A stretch of 64,000 bases of DNA from a virus: IMG/VR virus record IMGVR_UViG_3300027754_005987, positions 1 to 64,000 of that record, one strand, 5' to 3'. Each line of letters opens with the position of its first letter. The first letter of the stretch is position 1. This document shows positions 36,548-46,565 of the stretch, piece after piece. The translations under genes and the position numbers were made by a program. Below the pieces are notes generated by a model that had not been told where the DNA came from, ran no database searches, and saw only the letters and a list, made by a program, of their open reading frames with translations.

Positions 36548-39500
36548 TTATTTACCTTTAGGTGTTTTAATTGATTTTATCATTATCTCTTGTTTATCTT
36601 TATCGAGACCAATACTTATCGTTTCACCTTCTTTTATATTATCATTAAGGATTTCATCAGCCACTGGGTCTTCAACATAATGTTGAATCGCTCTAGCTAA
36701 TGGCCTTGCGCCATATGCTTCATCATATCCTTGTGTTGCTAAAAACTCAATAGCTTCTTTGGATATTTTAAGTTTAAAACCCATTTCATTTACTCTTTTT
36801 TCTAAATGACCAAGTTCAACGTAAATGATTTTATGTATATCCTCTATGGTTAATCCATTGAATACAATCGCTTCGTCAATACGGTTAAGGAATTCTGGTT
36901 TGAATTTTTTCTTAAGCGCTTTTTCAATAATTGCACGAGCTTTGTTTTCTTCATTAACAATACTAGAAGCTGTTTCAAAACCCATATTTTTACCAAACGA
37001 ATTAACTTCTTTAACACCAATGTTAGATGTTAATATAATAAGTGCGTTTTTAAAATTAATTTTACGACCTAACCCATCAGTTAACATACCTTCATCTAAT
37101 AATTGTAATAAGATATTAAACACATCTTCATGTGCTTTTTCAATCTCATCGAACAATATAACACAATGTGGTTTTCTACGAACTTTTTCAGTTAATTGAC
37201 CACCTTGGTCATAACCCACATATCCAGGAGGTGGACCAATTAATCTAGATACTGAATGTTTTTCCATATATTCAGACATATCCATTCTAATAAGCGATTC
37301 AGAATCTCCAAAAACATGCTCAGCTAATAATTTAGCCAAAAGTGTTTTACCAACACCAGTAGGACCTAAAAATATAAATGAACCAACAGGTTTGTTTTTA
37401 TCTTTGATACCAATACGGTTACGTTTTATAGCTTTAACAACTTTAGATACAGCATTATCTTGACCAATAACTTTACCAGTCAATTCTTTATCCAAATTCA
37501 TTAATTTTTTACTTTCTTGTGTTGATATTTTTGTTAGTGGTATACCAGTCATCATGGATACAACTTCAGAAATTAATTCAACACCAACAATAGTAATTTT
37601 TTTATCTAATTTAGATTGCCATTCAGCCATTGCTGTTGTTAACTCATCAATTATTTTTTTCTCTTCATCTCTAAGCTTTGCTGCTTCTTCATATTTTTGT
37701 TTAACAACAACTTCTTTTTTCTTTTCGTTTATCTCTAATTTTTTAGCTTCAAGTTCTTTTATATTTTCTGGTTTTTCAACACTAACATTTGTTGTTGCGC
37801 CAGCTTCATCTAACACATCAATAGCTTTATCTGGCATACTTCTATCCATAATGTATCTAGCAGAAAGCTTAACACATTCTTCAATGGCTTCGTCAGTATA
37901 TTTAACCCTATGATGATTTTCGTATTTTTCTTTGATGTTGAATAGTATAATTTTTGTTTCATCTAAAGTTGGTTCTTCAACAAGGACTTGTTGAAAACGT
38001 CTGGTTAACGCACCATCTTTTTCAATGTTTTCTCTATACTCATCAAGCGTTGTTGCGCCAATAACTTGTAATTCACCACGAGCCAATGCTGGTTTGAATA
38101 TATTAGACGCATCTAATGAACCAGATGCGTTTCCTGCACCAACTATTGTGTGTAACTCATCAATGAATAATACAATATCTGGATTGGCTTTACATTCTTC
38201 TAACACGGCTTTCATTCTTTCTTCAAATTGTCCACGATATTTTGTGCCAGCGACAATTGATGCTAAATCTAGAGTAAATATTCTCTTTCCGATAAGTGTC
38301 CTAGGTGCATTTCCATCTTTTATTAATTGAGCTAATCCTTCAACAATTGATGTGTTATGCGTTACAATATAATTATCAGTAATATATAAATGATTATCAT
38401 CGTCAATCATTATACACTTAGCCTCTTTTTTACCAATTAACTCTATTTTAACAATATTATTTTTAAGTGTTTTAGAATATTGGTAATTACTTGGTGCTTT
38501 TTCTTTTTTTCTATCTAATAAGAATAAGTTTTTTGGTGAGTGATATCTAATAGATAAAATATAGGATACTTGACCTAATTTTTTAACACCTTTATATGTG
38601 TAAGAGGGTTGTTTATCACTTATACTTGCAACACCACCAATTGACCAAATTAATTCTTGCATATCTTTAATTAACTTATAGCTAACGCTAGAATATTGTA
38701 ATGTACCAGTTTTGGTAACAGTTCCATCAGAATCCATTAACCCTTGTATTAGAGATATTTTTTGAGTTAACGAACCGTTTTTATATTTTTCTGGGATAAA
38801 TTTATTATTTGATTTTGTTTCAGTTAAGTGTAATAAATCAGTCTCTTCCAACAATGGGTGGATTCTATCATTTTTGTAATACCTAGTTCTTTTTTTAATT
38901 AATTTATCTTCAGATATATTAATTCTAAACGTGTTTGTTTTTATGCCACCACCATTTACAGTTAACTTATAATCTGACCCAATTATTTCCTCAACATTTT
39001 CAGCTATTTCAATATCATCGGTAGTAAGTGAAAGTTCATATTTACCAAAATGACCATCACCTAATAATAATCCCATTAAATAAGGGTCGATAACATAATC
39101 TAAATTTTCATTTTTAATTATGTTTTCAGACACCAAAGGTAATTTTAGTCTATAAGTAGTATTTTCAATTTTATCTTTAATATCAAGCGTGTTAAGAATA
39201 GACCAACCTTTTTTTCTTGATTTACCTTCTGGTATACCATAAACTTTCCATAAATGTTCACCACAAGCTTCAGTGCTTCTACCATCTTTAAAACTAATTC
39301 TATAAATATCTTTTTCACCTTGTGGGTATACGCCAATTACTTTAGTTGTTTTACCTTCTGGTGTTAATACTTCATCACCAATATTTATTTCACCCATAGT
39401 TGTCCAACCATTAGGTGTTAGTATTTTAGCGTCAAGTGGTTGTGCTTTACCAACGCCAGGCTCACCGATAAGTATTGGATTATTTTTCTTTCTACGAGAA

Positions 39501-40141
39501 AGTATTTGAGAAACTCGTTTTATTTCAGCGCTTCTCCCAACAACTGGGTCAATTTCACCTTTTTCAACAGCTTTAGACACATCTCTACAAAAATTATCAA
39601 GAACTGGTGTTTTGCTCTTCAAATCAGTTTGTTTAGATTTTCTTTTGTATGTTTCTTCATCACTAGGTTCATCGCTGTCATAAGCGCTTTTATTGTTTTC
39701 TTTCATAATATTAATTTGTTTTTTAAAACCGTTATAATTAATCCCCAATTCATTTAATAATTCAGTTGTTATTGATTTTGTTAATAAAACAGCTAACATA
39801 ATATGAAAAGTATCTATCATATTATCATTTAATTTTTCACATTCTTTATCTAAAGCTTTAAAAATTGATTTGGTTTCATCTGAAAATGGTAGGTTTTTCC
39901 TGACACTATTTGTTAACCTAGGTGTCAAATCATTTTTCCTTAAAGCATCTGATAGTTTATCATATAACTCAGTTGTATCTATGTTAAGTAACCTTAACAC
40001 TTTAACACATTCATTATCATCATCTACAAGTATTGATAATATGATATGTTCTGGCCTTACTTTTACGTCATCGAAAGATTTAGCTTCCTTCATCGCGTGG
40101 TTAATAATCAGTTTAACCTTTGGGTAAATCTCTCTATTCAT
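36548..40141 (-). CDS. clpC: ClpC-type AAA+ chaperone/protease subunit with intein
   Basis: Clp-N repeats, RRKKNNP.LIGEPGVGK|T, FIDELH, UVR motif (QKYEEAAKLRDEE), GPTGVGKT, DMSEYMEKH, GARPL. Confidence 0.95.
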   Translation of the reverse strand: MNREIYPKVKLIINHAMKEAKSFDDVKVRPEHIILSILVDDDNECVKVLRLLNIDTTELYDKLSDALRKNDLTPRLTNSVRKNLPFSDETKSIFKALDKECEKLNDNMIDTFHIMLAVLLTKSITTELLNELGINYNGFKKQINIMKENNKSAYDSDEPSDEETYKRKSKQTDLKSKTPVLDNFCRDVSKAVEKGEIDPVVGRSAEIKRVSQILSRRKKNNPILIGEPGVGKAQPLDAKILTPNGWTTMGEINIGDEVLTPEGKTTKVIGVYPQGEKDIYRISFKDGRSTEACGEHLWKVYGIPEGKSRKKGWSILNTLDIKDKIENTTYRLKLPLVSENIIKNENLDYVIDPYLMGLLLGDGHFGKYELSLTTDDIEIAENVEEIIGSDYKLTVNGGGIKTNTFRINISEDKLIKKRTRYYKNDRIHPLLEETDLLHLTETKSNNKFIPEKYKNGSLTQKISLIQGLMDSDGTVTKTGTLQYSSVSYKLIKDMQELIWSIGGVASISDKQPSYTYKGVKKLGQVSYILSIRYHSPKNLFLLDRKKEKAPSNYQYSKTLKNNIVKIELIGKKEAKCIMIDDDNHLYITDNYIVTHNTSIVEGLAQLIKDGNAPRTLIGKRIFTLDLASIVAGTKYRGQFEERMKAVLEECKANPDIVLFIDELHTIVGAGNASGSLDASNIFKPALARGELQVIGATTLDEYRENIEKDGALTRRFQQVLVEEPTLDETKIILFNIKEKYENHHRVKYTDEAIEECVKLSARYIMDRSMPDKAIDVLDEAGATTNVSVEKPENIKELEAKKLEINEKKKEVVVKQKYEEAAKLRDEEKKIIDELTTAMAEWQSKLDKKITIVGVELISEVVSMMTGIPLTKISTQESKKLMNLDKELTGKVIGQDNAVSKVVKAIKRNRIGIKDKNKPVGSFIFLGPTGVGKTLLAKLLAEHVFGDSESLIRMDMSEYMEKHSVSRLIGPPPGYVGYDQGGQLTEKVRRKPHCVILFDEIEKAHEDVFNILLQLLDEGMLTDGLGRKINFKNALIILTSNIGVKEVNSFGKNMGFETASSIVNEENKARAIIEKALKKKFKPEFLNRIDEAIVFNGLTIEDIHKIIYVELGHLEKRVNEMGFKLKISKEAIEFLATQGYDEAYGARPLARAIQHYVEDPVADEILNDNIKEGETISIGLDKDKQEIMIKSIKTPKGK
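38354..39445 (-). mobile_element. intein (364 aa, Ala-1, class 3-like) with LAGLIDADG homing endonuclease in ClpC Walker A
   Basis: GK|AQPLDAK...ACGEHLW...LMGLLLGDG...LIQGLMDSDG...AKCI...IVTHN|T. Confidence 0.9.
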
Positions 40142-40240
40142 AGTTTATCTATTTTTATTTGCGCAAATATATGTATTATTTTTTATTAAATCAAGCTTGA
40201 TTCGTAAGATAAATATTCGTATGTTTGTATAAAATTAAAT

Positions 40241-40480
40241 ATGAATATAAATAAAACATCAACATTTGGCAAGGTAGAAATACTATTAAAAGATGCAACT
40301 AACACTGCCACAATACCTTCCGTAACAAAGATTGAATTTTATGATTGTGGACTTATGATTACTGGAGATTATATAGTTGTAGTTATAGATGAAAAAGATA
40401 ACATTAATAACGCATTAACAAGCACAGGTAGAATATTCAACTTAAAAGATATTTCAGCATACAAAACGCATATCAAATAA
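40241..40480 (+). CDS. hypothetical protein
   Basis: 79-aa ORF after TATGTTTG promoter. Confidence 0.7.
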   Translation: MNINKTSTFGKVEILLKDATNTATIPSVTKIEFYDCGLMITGDYIVVVIDEKDNINNALTSTGRIFNLKDISAYKTHIK

Positions 40481-40505
40481 TTAATAACAATTAATACAAA
40501 AACAA

Positions 40506-40955
40506 ATGATTCTAAAAAGACAAGAAAAAGAAAATGTAGTAAAAGCACTGTATGATTCGTCAAACATAATTGCTTCAGTTTGGGATAAAGAAAAAAATGA
40601 ACTAATGCTCATCTTTAATAAAGGAACAAGATATAAATACCCAAATGTTTCTTCTACTGATTATCTTAGATTTGAAACGGCTGATAGTCAAGGTAAAGTT
40701 TTTAACACACACATTAAAAATTACACATCCGAAAAGATAGATAATGTTGACCCTAATGAATTAATCAAAGAAGTGCATAATTTAAAAGAACAAGAAGAAA
40801 AAGAAACCCTTAAAGCTAAATCTGATTTATTAATTAGTAAAGTAAAAGGACTTATAACATCATATGAAAATTCTAATGGTGTGTTAAATATTAATCAATT
40901 AAATGAATTAAAAGAATCAATAACAACATATATTAACGAAACATCAAATAACTAA
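40506..40955 (+). CDS. KTSC-domain protein
   Basis: SSNI...L...F..G..Y.Y.NV....Y..F..ADSQGK.FN..IK. Confidence 0.8.
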   Translation: MILKRQEKENVVKALYDSSNIIASVWDKEKNELMLIFNKGTRYKYPNVSSTDYLRFETADSQGKVFNTHIKNYTSEKIDNVDPNELIKEVHNLKEQEEKETLKAKSDLLISKVKGLITSYENSNGVLNINQLNELKESITTYINETSNN

Positions 40956-40959
40956 AAAA

Positions 40960-41529
40960 ATGGCTAAATACAATATTAGAATTAGTGGTTATGGTTCAGA
41001 AGTTACAATCGGTCATGTAACACCTGAAATTAAAAAACAAATAGAAGAATTATATGATGAAGATGAAACTATAACATCAATATTTGTTAATAATGATTAT
41101 TTTGGTTATTCTTGGTCTGAATTTGACGATTTTTTTCATAATTTTAACGCAAATGAAAAATTTAACCTAACAATTTATCAAGATGATGAAACAATATACG
41201 AATTAACTTCAGATGATTTAAGAACAAAAGATGAATATGAAGGAGTTATAACACATAAAGAATTTGCTGATGAATATGATATAACTAGAATAAACGATGA
41301 TTTAGCAGTATATTGTGTTACTGGTGAAAAAGGAGGACTATTTTATAATGAAATAGAAACTGATGATTTTGATATTAAAAAATTAAACATTGTAATGTTA
41401 TATGATGTTGGTAATGATTTTTATAACCATGGTGAAATGGTTTATCAAATATTTTATGATGATGAATTATTATATAACGAAGGTGGTGATACTGATGGTA
41501 AATCATTTGATATTTATATGAACTTATAG
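40960..41529 (+). CDS. acidic hypothetical protein
   Basis: GYGSEV.IG, EKGG.F, TDGKS motifs. Confidence 0.75.
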   Translation: MAKYNIRISGYGSEVTIGHVTPEIKKQIEELYDEDETITSIFVNNDYFGYSWSEFDDFFHNFNANEKFNLTIYQDDETIYELTSDDLRTKDEYEGVITHKEFADEYDITRINDDLAVYCVTGEKGGLFYNEIETDDFDIKKLNIVMLYDVGNDFYNHGEMVYQIFYDDELLYNEGGDTDGKSFDIYMNL

Positions 41530-41531
41530 TT

Positions 41532-41783
41532 ATGGTAAAAAGAGAATTAACAATTTTAGTATTATCAATATTTTCACTTATATTGGTTTCAGTTTTTGGT
41601 ATTTCAAGAATATTAAATAATAAACCAATACAAAAAGGTTCAATAGAAATAAGTCTTGTAGATAGCTTAAATAATGAAATATTATATTTACAAATAGAAA
41701 ATGGTAGGTATCAAATAATAATGGATAGATTGTATGAATTAGATTCTAACCTAGTTAATAAAGCAACCGAAAATTTAGAATAA
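41532..41783 (+). CDS. membrane-anchored small protein
   Basis: N-terminal hydrophobic helix plus coiled coil. Confidence 0.65.
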   Translation: MVKRELTILVLSIFSLILVSVFGISRILNNKPIQKGSIEISLVDSLNNEILYLQIENGRYQIIMDRLYELDSNLVNKATENLE

Positions 41784-41789
41784 TATAAT

Positions 41790-42041
41790 ATGTATACATT
41801 AATTAGAAAAAAAGATAATTTAAAAAAACAAGCTGAAAATATTATTTGGATTGAATTCGATGGTGATGGTAGGTTTAAAGAAAAATACGATGAACCTGCC
41901 ATTAATAGAAGTTTATTAATGAGCCCATTCAATGATTTTTTTACATGGCAAACAACAATTATTATTGAAATAATTGATAAAAAAGAAAACCATATACATT
42001 TTAAAACAAAAAATAGTGAATATATTTTAACGAAAGAATAA
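41790..42041 (+). CDS. phage hypothetical protein
   Basis: FTWQTT...FKTKNSEY.L pattern. Confidence 0.75.
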   Translation: MYTLIRKKDNLKKQAENIIWIEFDGDGRFKEKYDEPAINRSLLMSPFNDFFTWQTTIIIEIIDKKENHIHFKTKNSEYILTKE

Positions 42042-42043
42042 TT

Positions 42044-44362
42044 ATGAATAAATTAGATAAAGCGTATACAGACCTAATTCAAGATATACTTGATAACGGA
42101 GTTAAAAAAGAAACAAGAAATGGGGGAACCATAAGCGTATTTGGAAGACAGATTAAACATTCAATGAAAAACGGATTTCCATTGCTCACCACAAAGAAGA
42201 TGGCGTTTAAGACAATGGTTACCGAATTGTTATGGTTTTTAAGGGGCGATACAAATATTAAATTCCTTGTTGATAATAATTGTCATATTTGGGATGGAGA
42301 TGCTTATAAACGATTCTTAAATGAAACTATTAAAATTGAACCTGTGGAAGTAAAGGAACGAGCAATTACTCAATTATTGAATAATAAAGAATCAAAAGAA
42401 GAATTTATCAACAAAATCAAAACAGATGATGAGTTTGCTGAGAAGTGGGGTGATTTAGGTCCTGTATACGGCAAGCAATGGAGAAATTGGGAACATAATA
42501 CTGGACCTTCTTGGGGAAAGGGAGGAACCTATATAGAATCAAAGAAAACTCAAATAGACCAAATTGCAAACCTAATCCGTGACCTTAAAAACAATCCTGA
42601 TTCAAGGAGACTAATGGTTAATGCTTGGAATGTCGCGGATGTTGAAAGCGGTAGTATGGTCTTGCCACCTTGTTTTACTTCAGATATGTTGGTTGCGTGT
42701 ATAGATGGATATAGAAAAATATCTGAAATAACTACTAATGATTTGGTATTAACCGAAGATGGGTCTTATCAAAAAGTTTATGAATTACATGAAACTAATT
42801 ATAATGGTGATTTATTAAAAATTAAAACACATGGTAATAGTAAATCAATTAACGCAACACCTAACCACCCATTTTTGGTTAGAGATAAAGGGTATATTAA
42901 CGCTAGTGAAATTACGAAAAACGATTATTTAGGTATACCAATTAATAAAAATGAAATTATACCATCATTTAAAACGATAATAAAAGATAACCAATATTCT
43001 GAAAAAGAAATTGAAACTGTTTTAGATGATAAAGATTATTGGTATCTTATGGGGTATTTTTTAGGTGATGGGTGGTTAATAGAATCAAAAAGAGAAATTT
43101 ATTTTGCTATTAATGATATCCAAGTTGATGAAATACTACCTAGATTAAATAAAATTATTGGGTTAGCAAAATTGAATAACTCTGGTGTAAACTGTAAAAA
43201 ATATGTTGGTAGAAAACAACAATTATTTGAAATATTATCAATGTTCGGTAAGTATGCAGATGGTAAAATAATACCACAATTTATACATGACGCACCTAAA
43301 CATTTAATTGAAGAATTTATTAAAGGGTATCAAAAAGCTGATGGTTGTATAACTAATGATGGTATAACTTATACCACTGTATCTGATAATATAGCATATG
43401 GGTTACAATTATTATATACCAAATTAAACATAAAAGCGTCAGTATATTATCAAAAAAGACCTAATAAAACATTTATAGAAGGTCGTGAAGTTAATCAAAA
43501 AAATACTTACTCAATCAATGTTTACCAACAAAAAAATAAATCTAAAAATTATATTTTTGATAATGATTATTTGTGGTTATGCGTTAAGAGTATTGAAAAA
43601 TATAATTATGATGGGTATGTGTATAATATTTCAACTGAGAATAACCATACTTACAACGTTTTTAATTTAGTTAACCATAATTGTCATTATGGATTTCAAG
43701 TTTATACAAGAGAGTTGAGTCAAGAAGAAAGAAAACAAATATTTGAAGATAGCGGATACGTTTGTGATGTATGGCCATTTAATGGTGACTGGCATGGTGA
43801 ATATGATGGATTTGGAATACCACGCAGAGCAATCTCTTTAATGTGGAATCAACGTAGCGTAGATACTTTTCTCGGTTTGCCATTCAACATAGCATCTTAT
43901 GGGTTGTTATTGGAAATCATTGCTAAAGCAGTTAATATGGTTCCTGATGAATTGATTGGTAACTTGGGTGATACTCATTTATATTCAAACCATATTGAAC
44001 AAGCTAAAGAACAAATTGGTAGAGAATTAAGAACTGATGAAAGAGTTTGTAAGGCATATGAAAATAATAAATTAGATACATCTTTATTTAAAGAAGGTCT
44101 TAGCGATGCTGAATTAGAAACTATTTGCGATTCATTTGGTATTCCTAAAAGAACGAGAGAACCTTATGAATTACCTAAACTAAACATTAATACAGAGTTT
44201 TGGTCGACAGAAGGTGGTTCATGTGGCGAAGGCCCTTTAGATGCTATTAAAGTATTCGAATCATTTAAAGATGACAACTTTTGTAAATGTTTACTAGAAG
44301 AAGATATTCAATTAAACAATTATCAATCACACCCAACAATTAAAGCACCATTAAGTAATTAA
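42044..44362 (+). CDS. thyA: thymidylate synthase with intein
   Basis: [34 protein letters not shown]|[27 protein letters not shown]. Confidence 0.95.
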   Translation: MNKLDKAYTDLIQDILDNGVKKETRNGGTISVFGRQIKHSMKNGFPLLTTKKMAFKTMVTELLWFLRGDTNIKFLVDNNCHIWDGDAYKRFLNETIKIEPVEVKERAITQLLNNKESKEEFINKIKTDDEFAEKWGDLGPVYGKQWRNWEHNTGPSWGKGGTYIESKKTQIDQIANLIRDLKNNPDSRRLMVNAWNVADVESGSMVLPPCFTSDMLVACIDGYRKISEITTNDLVLTEDGSYQKVYELHETNYNGDLLKIKTHGNSKSINATPNHPFLVRDKGYINASEITKNDYLGIPINKNEIIPSFKTIIKDNQYSEKEIETVLDDKDYWYLMGYFLGDGWLIESKREIYFAINDIQVDEILPRLNKIIGLAKLNNSGVNCKKYVGRKQQLFEILSMFGKYADGKIIPQFIHDAPKHLIEEFIKGYQKADGCITNDGITYTTVSDNIAYGLQLLYTKLNIKASVYYQKRPNKTFIEGREVNQKNTYSINVYQQKNKSKNYIFDNDYLWLCVKSIEKYNYDGYVYNISTENNHTYNVFNLVNHNCHYGFQVYTRELSQEERKQIFEDSGYVCDVWPFNGDWHGEYDGFGIPRRAISLMWNQRSVDTFLGLPFNIASYGLLLEIIAKAVNMVPDELIGNLGDTHLYSNHIEQAKEQIGRELRTDERVCKAYENNKLDTSLFKEGLSDAELETICDSFGIPKRTREPYELPKLNINTEFWSTEGGSCGEGPLDAIKVFESFKDDNFCKCLLEEDIQLNNYQSHPTIKAPLSN
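42671..43681 (+). mobile_element. intein (337 aa) with LAGLIDADG endonuclease at the ThyA catalytic cysteine
   Basis: LPP|CFTSD...ATPNHPF...LMGYFLGDG...[10 protein letters not shown]...VYNI...VNHN|CH. Confidence 0.92.
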
Positions 44363-44551
44363 TCAATATAACAATAAATAAAAAAAAAAAACAATTATGA
44401 TAGAAATTTTTAAAGAATTTGGGGACATAGGTGCACCAAGTATGTATCAAATAACAATGATGATATATGATAATAAGTAAATAAACAAATAAAAGAGCTA
44501 TTGATAGCTCTTTTTTTGTTTTTCATATATTTATTAGAAAAGAAAAAGATT

Positions 44552-44794
44552 ATGCCAAGAATAAGTGATATACATAGTATTATAGTTGCAGCCCAAAACG
44601 CTAATTTAACAGCGCACACATATAATGAAATATATGGTGGTGCTGGTGGTTGCACAATAGTTATAAACGGTACAACAATAAGTGTAGGTAGCGCATCAAA
44701 CATTCCTATATGGGTTAGAACAGTAAGTGGTGGTACTGGATGTTATTTACTAGGTGAAAATAAAGATGTTTATGTTGGAAGCACATCGCTTTAA
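44552..44794 (+). CDS. small late protein (beta-rich, possible virion component)
   Basis: Start MPRISD after ATATTTAT at 44527 and a hairpin terminator at about 44491. Confidence 0.7.
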   Translation: MPRISDIHSIIVAAQNANLTAHTYNEIYGGAGGCTIVINGTTISVGSASNIPIWVRTVSGGTGCYLLGENKDVYVGSTSL

Positions 44795-44838
44795 TAAAAA
44801 TTTTAAATAATTTATAGATATTTATAATAAAATAAAAT

Positions 44839-46548
44839 ATGGAAAATAGAAATAAAATAACACCAGTAGGTCTTAAAGGTAAAGAAATCAATGCTAGAAT
44901 GATTGAATTAATGGGTATTAAACCTATTAATGAAAATCACACAAAATCAGTTGTTGAGTTAACCAAAATTGGACCAGACGGAAATGCTTATGCAATTGTA
45001 AGAGAGAATCATGAGTATTATATTAAAACAACCAATAAAAAATCAAATATCATAACTGAAGATTTCAATTATATTGGTGGTTTACAAAACAAAAAATCAG
45101 AAGCTTATCCTTCATATGCAAAAGCTATAAAACATTTAAACCTTAAATTTAATTCATTAGCTGAATCATTTGATAAAGGGCATAATATCAATGTATTTGA
45201 AAACGATAATCTTTTAAACGAAAACGCATTTGCTGGTGGGTTTGCTAATCACCCAAAAAGTGGTGGTTTCACAGGTGAAGGTAATCTAGAAGGTAATACT
45301 CCATTATTTGAAGCTGAAGAAGAAAACAATCCATGGGCTATTTGTACTTCAAGTGTTGGTCGTGAAGACAAGGATAAATACGAAGCTTGTGTTATGTCTG
45401 TTAAAAAAGAAAAAGGTATTGAAGAATCTATGACTGAAAATGAATACTGCGGTATGAATGAAGCAGTTGAATTATCTGAAGCAGAAAAAGCTATTCAAGA
45501 AATGATGACTAGAATGGAAGATGATGATGATTATATATACGGTAAAACTGATGATGTATATAATTATGATAGCGAAAAAGACCCATTTGAGGATTATGAT
45601 GATGATGAAATTGATTCGTTAGTTGGTATTAACAAAGAAAAAAACATTGATGAAGCATTTAAAACACAAGATGAATTAAACCAATTTGCTGGTCATGACG
45701 ATTATCAGTGGTACATCGTTAACCCGAAAGGAGAAATAGTTGGTGGTAATGAATATTTACGTGACGCATTTGATAGTTTTGTTGAGTATTCTACTCAAGG
45801 TGAAGAGGCAAACTATTTATATGTTAATGATAGTGAAAATGAAGATGCAGAAAGTCTTCACGATATGGCTGATAACTTTTTATCAAGTTATGGTTATGGT
45901 GAACCTGGAGATGATTTGGATGATTATGACCAAGGTGAATTAGATGAATTTGTTAGTTATTTTTCAACTAAAATACCATTTGCCAGATTTGATTATGGTG
46001 AAGGTGAAGAATTGGGTGACCAATTCATTAATGGTTTTAGAATTGTTAAGAAAGATGATGGCATGTATGAATCTAAAAAAGAAAAATTATCTGATAAAGA
46101 AATAGCTGCTAAAGAAAAGCCATATAATAAAATAACTCAAGCTGATATATTAAATTTAAAAGGTGTTAATTTGGATGAAATGATGGCTAGAATGGAAGGT
46201 GAAGAAGAGCCTGCTAAGGCCAAAGATATGACAGACGAAGAGCGAAAGAAAAAAGATGACGACTATTACCGTTCCACCGGGCATGCAACTGGCGACTGGG
46301 GCCCTCCCGGAGATAGAGATTATGGCATGGTGAAGGTTGATAATGATGATGATGATGAAGAAGAAGAAGAAGAAGAAGAAAAGCCAACGCTAGGACACAA
46401 AATAAAGAGCTTTTTAGGATTCAAGAAATCAAAAATCAACAAAGAAGATAAAGCTTTGAGTGCTATTGAAGAAAGCATTGAAAGATTAGACGCTTTACTA
46501 GAAGGTGAATTAAAAAAAAAAGCACAAACGTTAACAAAAAAGAAGTAA
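44839..46548 (+). CDS. acidic head-module protein (part 1 of probable frameshift fusion)
   Basis: PDGNAYAIVRENHEYYIK, YIGGLQNK, many xxE motifs; ends just after an A10 run. Confidence 0.8.
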   Translation: MENRNKITPVGLKGKEINARMIELMGIKPINENHTKSVVELTKIGPDGNAYAIVRENHEYYIKTTNKKSNIITEDFNYIGGLQNKKSEAYPSYAKAIKHLNLKFNSLAESFDKGHNINVFENDNLLNENAFAGGFANHPKSGGFTGEGNLEGNTPLFEAEEENNPWAICTSSVGREDKDKYEACVMSVKKEKGIEESMTENEYCGMNEAVELSEAEKAIQEMMTRMEDDDDYIYGKTDDVYNYDSEKDPFEDYDDDEIDSLVGINKEKNIDEAFKTQDELNQFAGHDDYQWYIVNPKGEIVGGNEYLRDAFDSFVEYSTQGEEANYLYVNDSENEDAESLHDMADNFLSSYGYGEPGDDLDDYDQGELDEFVSYFSTKIPFARFDYGEGEELGDQFINGFRIVKKDDGMYESKKEKLSDKEIAAKEKPYNKITQADILNLKGVNLDEMMARMEGEEEPAKAKDMTDEERKKKDDDYYRSTGHATGDWGPPGDRDYGMVKVDNDDDDEEEEEEEEKPTLGHKIKSFLGFKKSKINKEDKALSAIEESIERLDALLEGELKKKAQTLTKKK

Positions 46549-46565
46549 ATGAAGTAAAATATAAG

